From the NCBI RefSeq assembly GCF_009914755.1, contig NC_060932.1: DNA of 64,000 nucleotides. The stretch is one strand, 5' to 3'. Source of the stretch: the human T2T-CHM13v2.0 reference genome, Homo sapiens. Below are positions 28,050-46,440 of the stretch, one piece after another. A model generated the notes under the pieces. That model saw nothing but the letters and a program-made list of their open reading frames with translations, did no database searches and had not been told where the DNA came from. Position 1 is the stretch's first letter. Every line of letters starts with the position of its first letter. The translations under genes were made by a program, and so were the position numbers.

Positions 28050-28680
28050 AAATCAAAGAAGGTACTAAAGCTTTGAATCTAAAGCAGTGGGCAAGAAACC
28101 AAAAAAGATCAAGAGATATTTAGGGCTAACATAGTGTCCAAGAATAGGCAAGACAGTTAACAAAGAAATAGATTCTAGGTATTGTAGATATTCATTGATA
28201 ATGATTATAGGAGAAGAATAGATAGGAGATATAATTTTAATTTGTTTGGGGCAAGCTGGGTTTTAGGTGCTAAGGGGGCCCACTTGGGGATGACTAGGAG
28301 ACAACTGGAAATGTGCGTCTTAGAGCTTACAGGAAAGGTAGAAGCTGAAGGATAGAGCCTTCAGCATTGATGGGACATTGAAGATATGGAATTAAATAAA
28401 AAAACACTCAAGGATAGAATAAAACGGAAAGCTATAGCAACACTTTGGGAAATGCATAAATTTGAAAAATCAGCTGAGAAAGATGAGCCGGCAAAGTAGC
28501 TTGATAAAGAGTGAACTGAGAGAAAAGTACAGGGCCAAACAGTTGAATAAAATGTCAAGGACAGTGTAATAATTTTAGCAAATGCTGAAGTAAGGTCCAA
28601 TAGAATGGTGCTGAGGAATGATCAGTTGATTTGGCAAATAGGGTTTTTCTAGTAACCTTTGAGAGATATGTTTTACAATA
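28050..28680 (-). mobile_element. L2 fragment
   Basis: Antisense L2-like purine-rich motifs. Confidence 0.5.
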
Positions 28681-30538
28681 TCCATTTAGCTACAGCAATC
28701 AATGATTAGGTTTTTCTTTAAAGTCACCACAAATTAAGTAGAGGGAGTTCTTGCTAATGAACCACCAGTAAACCACACAACATGTTGCATTGAACTCAAT
28801 ATTGGAGATATAGTAAGAAGCTCCCTATATTTGGATATTCTTACTTTATAACTCAAGTATACAAGGCTCAGTTGAATGAACCCAGATGCTCAAGTTATAT
28901 AAAAACTCATTGTTTTTATTCTAGCTGCAATAGGTCCCACTTAAAAAACTTGGAATGATAATGAATAATTGATGGCTAGATTGTTAATTCCACATATTAT
29001 ATCTTCTCTTGGGAGATTCAGTATAAGAACTAGTTCTGACAAGGAGATTGGGAAAGTTTTAGAGTAGTTGAGGAAGGAGGACTCAGTGATCAAAACCAAT
29101 TTTTATTGTGCATTTTCTCAATCAAATTTCTTAACTCTTCTTTTAAAATGCAGTCAATATTTCGGATAATTAAATCACTTAGTATAAATTGTTTTAATAT
29201 GTAATTGAGTTTAACACTGTATTCGGTACTATTTTTATTTCTAGTTACAGATTGAAAAATTGAAGTACAGGTTAGTTAAATAAATTACCCAAGCCATTTG
29301 AAGCTGGAATTTTAACCAAAGCAATGACTTTGTACCAGAACCCATGTCCTTAACCTTAGGAAATGGTGGCCTTACAGTGACAAAGAGAAGGATATAGAAA
29401 CTTTAAAGCCGAGAAGGCCAAACCAAGAATGGGGACACTGTGCAGAGAATATTATGAGAGACCAATACTAGAGGTCAGGGAAGAGGAGAGCAATAAGAGA
29501 GGAATTCAGAAAGGGATATTTAACATCCATGGAGAACAACTCACTCTAGTTTGCAGCTGTATTTAACATCCTCAATGTAACAAGTTTTCACACAAGGGCA
29601 TTTGAAAGGTTAAAAGTTACTGGAGCCAACATTACATTTAGAAAAAAGAAAAAAATAAAAGCTCGGTCCAGTTTCTCCTAGTCTGTCCTGATGTCTCTCC
29701 ATCTAATTCTCATCCTTCTTAATCTGAGAGTAACCCCATCTAATTGTTAATTCCTGTTTATTCTCAGTATTGAATGGAAACACTTTATGAGATTTTCCTA
29801 TTCATGAAACATTTAGGATACATTCCTTTGAATTCTAAGGTAATGTTACACTACATGACATTAGCTGCTCTCTGTAGTCATTCTTGTACACTTGACCAAT
29901 AGCAATCAGCGGCAGCATCTTGGGAAAAAGCAATACAATTTAGTGTCCAAGCATGAGTACTATTAAAATCCATATATCTAAATATTTCCTTTTTTCATTA
30001 AAAATAATTATTTCAATTTAATGGTGATCCTAATTTGTCTAAAAATGTTAATATCACTTTATAAAAAAAATTTAGCGAAATGGATAAAATGTAGCAAAAG
30101 TTAAAATGTGCTGCTCTTGTTTTCATCACAATATTGCTACATAAGCTTCACTGATTTTATCTTAATTCATAACCCAAGTGTATAATCATTTTCCAGGCTG
30201 ATCACCATGGATATAAGGAGGAAATTACTTTCACAAATCCTTCTTATCTGTTCTTATATTAGAATCTTACATCACATTTGCAATTTATAATCAGAATTTA
30301 TTTTAATGATGTTTCTTTAAGTATCAAAAATTTTATTTTTCTCTGTAGGTTTGCACAATTTAATTTTCCAGACCCTGTTTAATCATCTTATCTGACATGT
30401 GTGTTGTTTGCAACATGTTATTAGCATAAAGAAAATGTAAATATTTTATAACATCATTGAAAATATGAAGTGATATATCTAACAACTAATACTTTTTATT
30501 TAGTAATTTTGCCTTATTTCACTCCTCTCTCTGTATAG

Positions 30539-30579
30539 GAATCCATTTATGATTCCACTCTTTTTGAAGGAGGAGAAAA
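30539..30579 (+). CDS. RIMS2: Candidate 41-nt exon, phase 2-1 (xNPFMIPLFLKEEK)
   Basis: Strong pyrimidine tract plus gtatag acceptor, AAA|gtgagg donor. Confidence 0.5.
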
Positions 30580-31683
30580 GTGAGGTTCATTATTTCACAC
30601 TTTCATTAAGGTTTGGGGGGCATGATCACATGTGTTGTGTTTGGATCCTTTTAAGAATGTACATATTATCATAGGATTCTATTGTGAATTTTTTCTCATT
30701 TTTTGTGTGCCTCTTTGTCTGCCTGACATGGTGGGTAAAAGATACTTTTAATACTCTCAAAAATATTCTATATCATCATTTTAATGCCATAGTTAATATA
30801 ATTTAAATTTAGTTCACAAATTTTATTTAGTTCATAAATTTAGATCCCAGATATGGAATACAGTGATATTTGATAATTATGTCATATGACAACATAAAAA
30901 GTTGAGGATAAGATGTATATACAGGGTGATAATACATGCTACTCTGTTAATAATATCTCCTTTAATGTGGGTATTTAGCAATCATGTAAAAGGTAGAATG
31001 TTCTAAAGTCCATAACACAAATGGGGAATAGTCAATTAACACAATGAATTTGGCTGATATTTGTATCTTTTATAAACAATTATTGTACCTTTTCTTAGAA
31101 GCAATTTCAATAACCATTATATTTCTTCTCTGAGGGAATTTTCATTTTAAAATTTAGTTTACCCTCAAAATATATCTTGTTTTTTCAAAGATACAGGAAT
31201 TGTGACTAACAAATTAACTAAGTTACTAGAAGGTTAGTAACATTTTCTTCTATACCTGTCACTGTATATTATGAAAAAAGAAATGTATATAGTGAAGCAT
31301 TTGCACTTTAGCCTAAAAGATCCTTCTACATAAGAGCAGTCTGGGACTCTTTTTCCTGCACAAAGTTCCTAGTTTAATGAATTTCTCAATATAGTCAGTG
31401 TCTCGTTTGTCCTGTCTGTCTCTCCTAGGCTCTGGCTAATCCTCTCTTTCTTCCTCTCTTCCTCTTTCTTTATCTCTGTCTTTCCCTCACTTCTTCCTTT
31501 ATTCCATTTTCTTCTCTGCCTCTGCACACATACGAACATTTTGTAAAGGGAAATGTAATGAATGCAGTACCAGGACAAATGTTAAAAATTTCTAAGAGCA
31601 CTTTACATTATATTAATGAAATAAATATGATAATATAAAACAAAAAACACTTAAACATCATTTGACTTCAAAGTCAACTAACC

Positions 31684-32147
<464 letters not shown>

Positions 32148-32161
32148 TTAAGGTTTTCTTT

Positions 32162-32462
32162 AGCTGGGCACAGTGGCTCATGCCTGTAATCCCAACACTT
32201 TGGGAAACTAAGGTGGGAGGATTGCTTGAGCCCAAGAATTTGAGACCAGCCGGGGAAACATAGCGATACCTCGTCTCTACTAAAAATAAAAAATAAAAAC
32301 AGCTGAGCGTGGTATGCACGCCTGTGGTCTCAGCTACTTGCAAGGCTGAGGCAGGAGGATCACTTAAGCCTGAGAGGTAAAAACTCTATAATGAGCTATG
32401 ATGGAGCCACTGCATTCTAGCCTGGCTGACAGAGCAACACCCTGTCTCAAAAAGAAAAAAAA
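32162..32462 (+). mobile_element. AluJ
   Basis: Alu motifs. Confidence 0.88.
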
Positions 32463-32606
32463 GTTTTTATTTAATCCTAAGTATCCTAAATATACCCATT
32501 CCCCAAATCTGAGCAGTTTCAAGGTCCCGTCAACTCTGTGGTGGTTACTTCCACTGTACTCTGCAGGCATAAAACCCTAATCTTCCCCTATGGACCAAGT
32601 ACATCC

Positions 32607-32929
32607 TTTTTTCTTTTTCTTTTTCTTTTTTTTTTTTTTTTCTTTTGAAACAAGGTCTCACTCTGTCACTTAGGCTGGAGTGCAGTGGTGCAAACATGGC
32701 TCACTGCAGCTTCAACCTCTTGAGCTCAAGCAATCCTCCTTCCTCAGCTTCCCATGCATATGGGACCACAGGCACATGCTACCGCCCCCAGCTAAATTTT
32801 TTATTTTTTGTTGAGAAGAGGTTCTCACTTTGTTGCCTAGGCTATTTGCAAACTCCTGGGCTCAAGCAGTCCTCCCGCCTCAGCCTCTCAAAGTGCTGTG
32901 ATTACAGGTGTGAGCCATCTCACACGGCT
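32607..32929 (-). mobile_element. AluJ
   Basis: Reverse Alu motifs, T-rich tail. Confidence 0.88.
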
Positions 32930-33110
32930 ATATCCTGATTTTTAATATCGAAACCTAAAATAATGCTAAAATCTAGGTCCTCTGAATAATAAAATTTCAG
33001 TTAGTCTGTTCACTGAATTTAGAGATCAAAAACAAAACAAACACATACTATTTTCTTAGATTACTAGATCCCTCCTAATCAACTTATATCCAAAATAGTT
33101 TAGATATCAG

Positions 33111-36976
<3,866 letters not shown>

Positions 36977-36999
36977 GTGTATCTTGTATTTTTTAATTA

Positions 37000-37620
37000 C
37001 ACTTTTCTTCTTATAAAAGTAACATACAGTTGTGTAAAATTTATAAATCATGTATTAACCCAAATAAGAAATCAAATAGCATTTATACATACTTTCAATA
37101 CCCAGTAATAATTGCTAACATTCTGGTGTATCAGTCTTCAAATCTTTTTTGTTCTCTGTCTTATTTATAATTTATATGTATATATATTTTTATAAATATA
37201 TATTTATATTTAAAATTGTTCTAAGCTATGCTACTATTTTTACTGTTTAATCTGTTTTATAATTACTGATTGCAATATATTTATAGTATATGAACACATA
37301 TGTACAACATCCTCATCATTTTTTATGGATGCATTGTATTCTATAGATATACCATTATGCAATTAGATAATTACCTGTTTTGCACCTTTAGGAATTTTTT
37401 TCCCAAGGTGTTTACAATTATCAAACAATGGTATGATTAATATACTTGTGTACACATCTTTGCACGTTGACATTTCTTTAGGAAAGCTCCTGGGAGGTGA
37501 AATTTCAGGGTCAAAAATCAAATGATCTAAATATGTTCAAATGTGGTCAAAAATTTGATCAAAATGATAAAAAATATGATCATTTTTAAGTTTTTTTCAT
37601 ATACAATGCCAATAAGTTAT
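37000..37620 (-). mobile_element. Old L1M fragment
   Basis: tttttatggatgcattgtattctatag; gaggtgaaatttcagggtcaaa. Confidence 0.55.
37510..37582. repeat. Degenerate ~11-12-nt tandem repeat (AAAATATGATC-like)
   Basis: About six imperfect copies by eye. Confidence 0.5.
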
Positions 37621-37685
37621 ATTTTGAAGTAATTTTTTCACAATTTTTAGATATTGAAAGAACAATTAAAATATTCATTAAAATT

Positions 37686-37986
37686 GGTCAGGCGCAGTGG
37701 CTCTCGCCTGTAATCTCAGCACTTTGGGAGGCTGAGGCGGGCAGATCATGAGGTCAAGAGATCAAGACCATCCTGGCCAACATGGTGAACTCCTGTCTCT
37801 ACAAAAAATACAACAATTAGCTGGGCGTGGTGGTGCAAGTCTGTAATCCCAGCTACTCGGTAGGCTGAGGCAGGAGAATTGCTTCAACCCAGGAGGCAGA
37901 GTTTGCGGTGAGCCGAGATTGCACCACTTCACTCCAGCCAGCCTGGCAACAGAGCAAAACTCCATCTCAAAAAAATTTAAAAAAAA
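37686..37986 (+). mobile_element. AluSc-like
   Basis: atcatgaggtcaagagatcaagaccatcc. Confidence 0.9.
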
Positions 37987-39522
37987 TTCATTAAAATTAA
38001 GTACTTTATTTTCTTCTTGAGTGGCACTACCTTTTAAAATACAGTTATGAGAAAATATTACACATTCTTATCTCATGAGACATATTAGCAATTTCTATAC
38101 TTAGTTCTCTGTTGAAAGAAATTGTTCTTTTTATAGTATATCTCATTGAATCTAGAAAATAAATATATGTAGCCATGTTTTCTCATCTGTAATTGCCACC
38201 TTTAGGTGAGCCAATAGCTGTATACACTGATGATACGTTTTTATTCACTGCACTTCATTTGATACATACTTAAATGGTGAATTTAACATTGAGAGTCCAC
38301 AATTTGGCTTTTTTAGTTTTGTTCATTTTAAATATGTTATTTCTGTCATTCTCATTATTTTCTTTATCTTCTTTTGTGTCTATTCCACATTGTTTGTATT
38401 TTCTTAAAAGTTCATAAAATGTAATAAGATAGTTATCAAAATTACTTTTTCTCAATGGTTTAAATTAATTAACTTTAAAATTTTTTAAAATATGTCTCTT
38501 TTATATAAGTAATATACTTCTTTAGCTTCAATTAGAAGAAAAGCCTCAGATAATATTTTGATTTATGTTCAGATTATATTTATCACTCTACTTTTAAAAA
38601 ATCAGTTAGATTTATTAAAACTATACTTTTTATATTTTGTTATCAATTATTTGGATAATTTCAACAGAAAACATTTTTCATTTGGGAATCCTTCACTACT
38701 GATTACAACTTAATATTTACACCAATACCTTTAATTCTTAAATTTAACTGAAAAACAAATATAATTTGTACTTATTAAAAGAATACTATTTAGAATAAGT
38801 TTAATTATAAAGTGCAAATGTTTAATGATCATCCCACAAGTTCTTGATATGTTGTTAGGTTAAAAAATATAAACAATAAAAATTGTTTTCTAACCTCAAA
38901 TTATTTCAAGGCAGTCCTTAGTTTTGTAAAGACATACAATAATCAAAAACAACTCCACATATGACTGTTTATCAGAAACCTTCATGAAACAGCTAGTTAG
39001 TGCAATTCTTTAGCTCAATTAAAGGAAAGATTTTTTTAACCTGAGGTTGAATATTTATATAAAAATAGAAGAGATGGGGTAAGGAATAGAGGGAATGTTT
39101 TTAAGTAATTAAATTACCCACAAGAATTTGAAGTACTAATCAATGCAATTTCTGACTTCCAAGATGTCTATAATTGCAAATTTCTAATTTTCTCCTGAAG
39201 TTTGGGGTTCTTTCTTGAGTTTGCATATTGGGCTTAAGAGTTTTCCCTTGTAAGATCCTCAGATTTGAGCATTTTGTTTAAGACTACAAGATGGATGACT
39301 GAGTCAACAATACTGCCATATTCTGGTCGCTGTTCAGCTTCCTTGTGGATTGTGTCACTGCTAAACCTGTGCCCCTACTTCAAAGAAGTTTGGGTTATGA
39401 AATTGCTCTAGGACTCCAGGGGCATGCTCATGCTCTTTCAGTCTCTCTCTCTGTCTTTGTGTCAGGAGTGTGTGTGTGTTTGGAAAAGCAAACTTAAAAC
39501 GATTACTGTTTGCATACTACAG

Positions 39523-39534
39523 AAATCACTGAAG
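39523..39534 (+). CDS. RIMS2: Candidate 12-nt neural microexon, phase 1-1 (xITE)
   Basis: ctgtttgcatactacag acceptor with UGC, AAG|gtatat donor, upstream (TC)n. Confidence 0.4.
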
Positions 39535-40646
39535 GTATATCGATGATCTTTGTAGTACATGCGTGTAGTAAAACCTAAACAACCACTAGCTGGCTGCCAG
39601 CTATTGTGACCATATTCAACTATATCTTTGGTTAAAAAAATTCATCTAGAAGTTAACTTTTTTTATATTGGATGTCATAGCAGCTTTATCAATATAACTT
39701 TAACTTTCTGGGCACACTAAATAGGCTTTTTAAAGTTCAAAGTAACTATAGAATTAATTTTTTATTTAAGAAGAAGTAAATCTCTTTAAAGACTTACACC
39801 AAAATAAATAGCTACAGAATATGTGATATGATTTAAGGAAATAAGTTAAATCAAGAGCAACAAAATATTGGATTTTTTTTCGTCAGTGGCTGAAATGGGC
39901 CAGAAATTTCCAATTTAAAAAAATGAATATTTTGAGCTATTTATTAATTCCTGAACATCCACATATGCTGTCTTTTTTGTGCTCTGCCTTAAAATTTCTA
40001 AAGTAGAATAAAGGTCTTGTGTAATTTAAGGAAGGGGATTATTATAAATTAAGGGAAAGGAAGAAAAGTTTTGTTTAAAATGTCATTTAGTAGGAATGCT
40101 AACATTTATGGAATTTAGGAGTATTTGTATATATACATATCAAAAAACAGAGGGCCATTTCCACCATAATTTAAAACAACTCTAGCATTTATGAAACAAG
40201 ATATTTATGAAACAAATTATATTTTCTCTATTTAGTTAATAATTTACTTATACAAAAAAGAATTTGAGATAACTTGAATATTAGTTTAATACATTATACA
40301 TTAACAGATTATCACATTAATATATATTTACAAACATGTAAAAACTGTCATTGTAAATGTATTTGTCAAAGAAATTGGGTTGTCCCATTACCATCTCAAT
40401 CAAATTTTTTTACAATTTGAAAATGTTTTGATATTTGATTTGATTTCTAAGATATAATGACCCTAATTTTTTAAGCATACTTGAATTATAAAACCATATC
40501 AAACCACTAAGAAGTCTTCTGAAATAAACATAGTTCATCACATATAAGAAAATTAATCTTAGAGATTCCTAGATAAACTTACTCTCTAAACCTATAAACC
40601 GTCATTTTTCAAACTTTTTATTTTGGAAAGTTTGAAATTATTTCAG

Positions 40647-40673
40647 CAAGATATAAACAGATGGAGAAAAAAG
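40647..40673 (+). CDS. RIMS2: 27-nt microexon, phase 1-1 (xRYKQMEKK)
   Basis: atttcag acceptor, consensus AAG|gtaagt donor, in frame with the 44072 exon. Confidence 0.7.
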
Positions 40674-41000
40674 GTAAGTGTTCTGTGGTCAAGTGGTTAT
40701 TCTTTATTGCAGGTTTTTGAGGGCCTTGTATATACAGATTTTTACTGTCAATCTGAGAGAAAGAGAGAGGAAATTGAACAAAATTCATTCAATTTATCAC
40801 TTTCATTTATTTTCCTTTTATAGAGTGTATATAGGATATCAGAGCTGAAACGAAGCTTAGGAATTATGTGATCCTTTCCTCAACTAGTGAACAGCCCTTC
40901 TATTTTATTGATTTCTCTAAATTGCTTTTCATTCCAAGGAAGAAAAAAAAGACTAAGTTTTGTTGAAATAAAAATATTATTACTGGATTATTTTTCTTAG

Positions 41001-41093
41001 ATAGAGCAAAGGACCAGCAAAGAAAAATCACCTTGCTGGTGAAGAATCCTCTACGCTGGATCACTTTATCTATAGGAGACTTTTCTCTCTAAG
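41001..41093 (+). other. RIMS2: Candidate 93-nt stop-containing (poison or terminal) exon
   Basis: tttttcttag acceptor; phase-1 frame open for 29 codons, then TAA; AAG|gttatt donor. Confidence 0.3.
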
Positions 41094-41584
41094 GTTATTA
41101 TTCTACATGGAGTGTTTTCTTTTTAGGAATAGTTTCTACAAATATAGAAAAGGAACAGAAGACTTCATATGAACCAAATAATTTTTGGGTAGGGAGACCT
41201 GTTTGGTTACTGTTTGTCCCAAGGGTTATTCTTCTAGGAGGATTTGAAGTTATAAGGTAAAAGGATATTTACTCAAGTTTGCTGACTGAAATAGTCGTTT
41301 GAGATTTCATTGGTTAAGACTCTAATAAAGAATTTTCCAATTTGGGAACTGTCTATAGATGATGATTGGGTCTGGAGATGAGAGATTTGTTTGAGATTGT
41401 AATTTAATTGATGACATATTTAAATGGTTAGAAAGCTCTATTTGCATCTTGCTTTGTTTATCCAGCAAATACAGATTAATATTCTCCTTAGATCTGCCAG
41501 TGGTCTGTTAAGTAAAAGTTATATTGCATAAATCTGATTCTACCTAATTTTTAAACCATTTCTAAAGAGAAAGACACTTTTGCA

Positions 41585-41805
41585 AGCACTGTTAAACCAA
41601 TATGCCAGAGAGCAAATCTGACTCACTGCCTGTTTTGTAAACAAAGTTTTATTGGAATAAAGCCACACTTATTATGTATGCATTGTCTGCAGTTGCTTCC
41701 ATGCTATGGTGGCAGAGTTGTGGCAGAGTAACAGTTTCCATATGGCTCACAAAGTCTGCAATATTTGTTATTGGGCCCTTTACAGAAAAAGTTTGCCAAC
41801 TACTG
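41585..41805 (+). mobile_element. MER58A (hAT-Charlie)
   Basis: gcctgttttgtaaacaaagttttattggaa; ccctttacagaaaaagtttgcc. Confidence 0.85.
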
Positions 41806-42966
41806 CCAGTGTTATTCACATTACTACCTAGTAATCAGAAAGAATTTTAATATAGCTTTCCTAGGATGTTGCCATCCAGAAAATAGTCTAAATATTGCAA
41901 AATGTATATACCTGTTTCTACGTATATATTTATCACTACATATTTATATCTATATATGTGTGTGTGTGTTTAAACTTGTCAATTGGTGCTATTTATATTA
42001 TATCAAGATGGAACTTTTTGAGAAACTTTCCAAACACGCCTTATAGCTAATATTCTTTTAGGACCCATCATTTTGTAATGTTGGGCTCATTTTTTTATTG
42101 GCTTGCCTTTGGAGAAGACATGTTTACCTGAAAATATCTTTTGAAGTACAAAGAATTCCAAAGTTGTATTTTAATAGACTAATAGGTATTTGTACTTGAC
42201 TATATTTCACATTTACATCATGGAGGCACTCACCTGGTTTTATATGTCATTCAAATTATATTAACCTAGGATTAATATTCCTCACTTTCAAATTTGACTC
42301 AGAGTCAGTTAGTCAAATCATTATTAACATGTGACTATTATAAGGAAGAAATTGTCTCACTTTATTGAATAGTTGATTTAAATTTTCTGGTATTTAGAGG
42401 TAATATAGTATAAGTTTTTTGTATATTTATCTAAGATTTTCCTTTTGAAACATTTTCTTCCCTTTTCATATTATTTTCATTAAACGATTTTCCTTTAAAA
42501 TTTGTTACTAACAAGAACTATCTAATATGCAATGAGATTTTTGCAGGGCAGAGAATAATACTAAAAAATTAAAACATTAAAAATTTAAAAATATTGGCTC
42601 AGGAGGGGATACCATAACTTCTAGTTATACTGGTACCTTTTTAATCCCCTTTTCCTTTAATCCATTTTAAAAATCAGGTAAGTATTAAAATACCTATTTT
42701 TTAATAGGCACGCTTACGTCTAGCTGTCTTTACCACAGTTTTAAAGTCATGATCTTAAGCAAGGGGTATGTGTGTGTATGTTGACATTCCTACCTAAACA
42801 CACTGTGTGAATTTACTGACATTTTATTATGGATATCCAGTTGAGTTCACTAAGCTCATTTTTCCCAGTATGTAGATTTGTAGTATATGATCGAGATTTT
42901 TAAATTATATATATTTCTGAGAAATGGAATATTCCTATAACTTTCCTTTAAAAATGACAAATGTAC

Positions 42967-43250
42967 TTTTTTTGAGATGGGATCTCACTGTATTGGCCAA
43001 CCTGTAGTGCAGTGGTATGATCATAGCTCACTGCAGCCTCCCAACTCCTGGTCTCAAATCCAGCCTCAGCCTCCCAGGATGCTGGGACTATAAGCATGTG
43101 TCACCACACCTGGCTAATTTGTTGTTGTTGTTGTGGAGACGGGGTCATGCTATGTTGCCCAGGATGGTCTCGAACTCCTGGTCTCAAGCAATCCTCCTGC
43201 TTCAGCCCCCCAAAGTGTTGGGATTACAGGCATGAGCCACTGTGCCTGCC
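42967..43250 (-). mobile_element. AluJ
   Basis: Reverse Alu motifs. Confidence 0.88.
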
Positions 43251-44071
43251 CCATAAATATACTTCCAAAATGCTTTTTCATGTTTTCTAGGATTTGCTAA
43301 CTGAATTTAGTTCTTGTTCTAACCCAAATTTTTGAAGGCCTTCTGAATATTTACAACTGATGTCTTTTAGGTAGCACCTGTTGTAGAGGGCATTAATGTC
43401 TTTTTGAAAGAGGCTTACCGTCTTGCTTTCTTAACTCTATATTCTAATTTTTTTTATAAAATTGATCTCAGTCATACTTTGTGCCTTTACTGGCATGGTA
43501 TGCTATCAGCAGTATTATTACAAGAACCTCTTTGTTGATCCTAGTTCTAGAAAATTCAAATTCAAAAGTTTCTGATAATTGGATTCACACATATACTGGG
43601 GCAAACTGCTTCAATGCATAGCCTAATTTTATGATAACAGTTTCTAAATGCAGTTCTAAAATTGTATTTGAAAGCAACTTATAACTTTAATACCTATAAA
43701 TAAATCATGATGAATTAAAAGTCAGAGTTCACATGATATTATTATTGTCAAATTTCTGTGCAGTCAAATGTATTCTGGACATACACATACCAGAAATTGT
43801 TTTCTATCTAATGAAGATTTGTTATCTTCTCTTTAAACTTATTTATATTTTATTCAGATTGAAATTATTTTACATATTTAACATCATGTTTTTACTTATG
43901 AAATTGTATACTTTAAATAAATCTGTAAAATAATATGACATTTAATTTGTACATGCTACATTGAGTGAAAGTAATATACCAGCCTGGCTTTTCTTCGTTT
44001 ATACATCCTGTAAGTCGGACTCAGAAATAAGAACTGAACATTAATTTTATGGGTTTTTTTCTACTCGATAG

Positions 44072-44172
44072 GTACTATGGATATAGAGGAGAGAAATCGC
44101 CAAATGAAAATTAACAAATACAAACAGGTAGCCGGATCAGATCCCAGACTGGAACAAGATTACCATTCGAAG
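44072..44172 (+). CDS. RIMS2: RIMS2 exon, phase 1-0 (xTMDIEERNRQMKINKYKQVAGSDPRLEQDYHSK)
   Basis: ttttttctactcgatag acceptor; peptide matches recalled RIM2 sequence, which continues YRSGWDPH; donor AAG|gcaaga; CpG-rich relative to flanks. Confidence 0.9.
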
Positions 44173-44554
44173 GCAAGACATTTTTCTTTTTAAAAGTTGT
44201 AAAATAATCAATCATATGAAACAGTTAGATTCTTTTAAACTACTAAATGCAGATTAGTCAGACACAAACATATAATGCCATGGCCCCATGATATTATTAA
44301 GTGCTAAAATTTATGTGTTTGTATACAGCTCTTAGCAATAGAATTTGCCTTACTTAAAAAAACTATTATAAAATACAGAAGATTAAACATCTGAAGGACA
44401 AATCTTTTACAATTTTTCATTTTGTAAAATCTATAGCCCCTCAAAAATGTTTAAGAACTTAAATGATCTTATGGTTTTCTTTCATATAGATTTTTTCCCA
44501 TTTTATAGTATTTTAATGGAATCTGGTTTATTACTGAATTATTGGAACAAAATA

Positions 44555-44895
44555 CAAATGGTGCCTGCCTTATAGTGGATCAACTTACAAGTTTTTGACT
44601 TTAGGGTAGTGTAAAAGCAATACACATTCAGTAGAAGCCATATATCAAGTACTAATACAACCATTCTGTTTTTCACTTTCAGTATTCAATAAATTGCATG
44701 AGCTATTCCATACTTTATTATAAAATAGGCTTTCAGTTAGATGATTTTGCCCAACTATAGGCAAATGTTAAGTGTTCTAAACATGTTTGAGGTAGGCTAA
44801 GCTAAGCTGTGATGTTCAGAAGATGTATTAAATGCATTTTCAACTTACAGTGGGTTCATTGGGACATAAGCCCATCATGAAGCAAAGAGCTTCTG
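44555..44895 (-). mobile_element. MER47A (TcMar-Tigger)
   Basis: TA flanks at 44553-44554 and 44896-44897; ttattataaaataggcttt...gatgattttgcccaact. Confidence 0.8.
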
Positions 44896-44976
44896 TACAT
44901 ATTCACGAAGTGCTGTTAGAGGTTCAAAAGTCTTTTGGTATGAATCTTTTTTAACTACTTTTTGGGAATAAGTTGA

Positions 44977-45325
<349 letters not shown>

Positions 45326-46440
45326 TATTTCATTGTTCTTGTACTCCATTACCTTTTTATATTCAAGACATTTTTAGTTGCTTGATATTATTCGTGGTCA
45401 AAGTCATGAAAATACTTTGTTCTGATATAACTATTGAAGATTTAATAAAAGAATTAAAATAGCAAAATTTACTCATAACATGTAGCTGTTATATGCTGTT
45501 ATGACTTAGTAATTGAATCATTATAGTTGTAATATTTGTGGTCTCCGTGTAATAGAGAAAAGCAATCTGGATTTTTTGAAAGTTAGGCCTGTTTTATCCT
45601 TACATACTTAATCTGCAGTTTCTATTACATTACATCCCTTCATAACCTCAAGAACTAATTAAGTAAAGCATAAGTGGCTATGTTGGGTATACATATGTAG
45701 CAGGTATGTACATATGTACCAGTTTCTAGCTTCTTCAATAAGACAACATAGAGAAGGCAGAGATTCTTAACATCAGCATCTACTTCTAAACTACCAGTCT
45801 CTTCCCCAGATTACATTATTACCAACATGGTGCATACAAAATTATTTATCACAGAATTCTGATATACTGGAAATGTCACAGGCCTAAAGCCAGACAAAAG
45901 TAAATTTAAGACAAATTAAAATAGCCTTGGCTTTACTCAGTAGGTTCTAAATTTCTAGAACTTTTTCACTAAAATGAAAATATGAATAACTTCAAACAGG
46001 TATAGTAAATTTTGTAGCAAATAATTCTATAATGCTATAATATTTTAGAACATTCCTAACTATTTGAGTTGGATATCAGAAATGATATCTGTGTTTTTCA
46101 TTTGTTTGTTTTGTATTTCTGCCTACAACTAAATAGACACACCTGACCTTTTGTGGTTTTTTTATGCTGTAGTCTCTCATCTGTTCACCTTGTATAATCC
46201 AGAGGCCAAAGCATAAAGTCCTGATAAAATAAGATACTAAATTTTTTGTAAATGTGTCTTCAGATAACATAAATTTGTTGTTTTATATTTTACTATACTT
46301 CAGGAAGGAATGTAGATGATTTATAAAAATACTTATATAGTCTCAATAATATTGTCAGTGAAGAAAAGATCAAGAGAAAATAAAGTCACGATAAAACAAG
46401 GTAACTCCAGAAGTAAAGTCTGTGAAAAAAATGTATAGTC

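Noticed and set aside
29768-29839. 72-nt segment with good acceptor and AAG|gtaatg donor
   Set aside because: Stops in all three frames; most likely a pseudo-exon
43983-44015. 27-nt segment followed by gtaagt (also exon-like on the minus strand)
   Set aside because: No pyrimidine tract; would leave only a 62-nt intron; no supporting minus-strand gene
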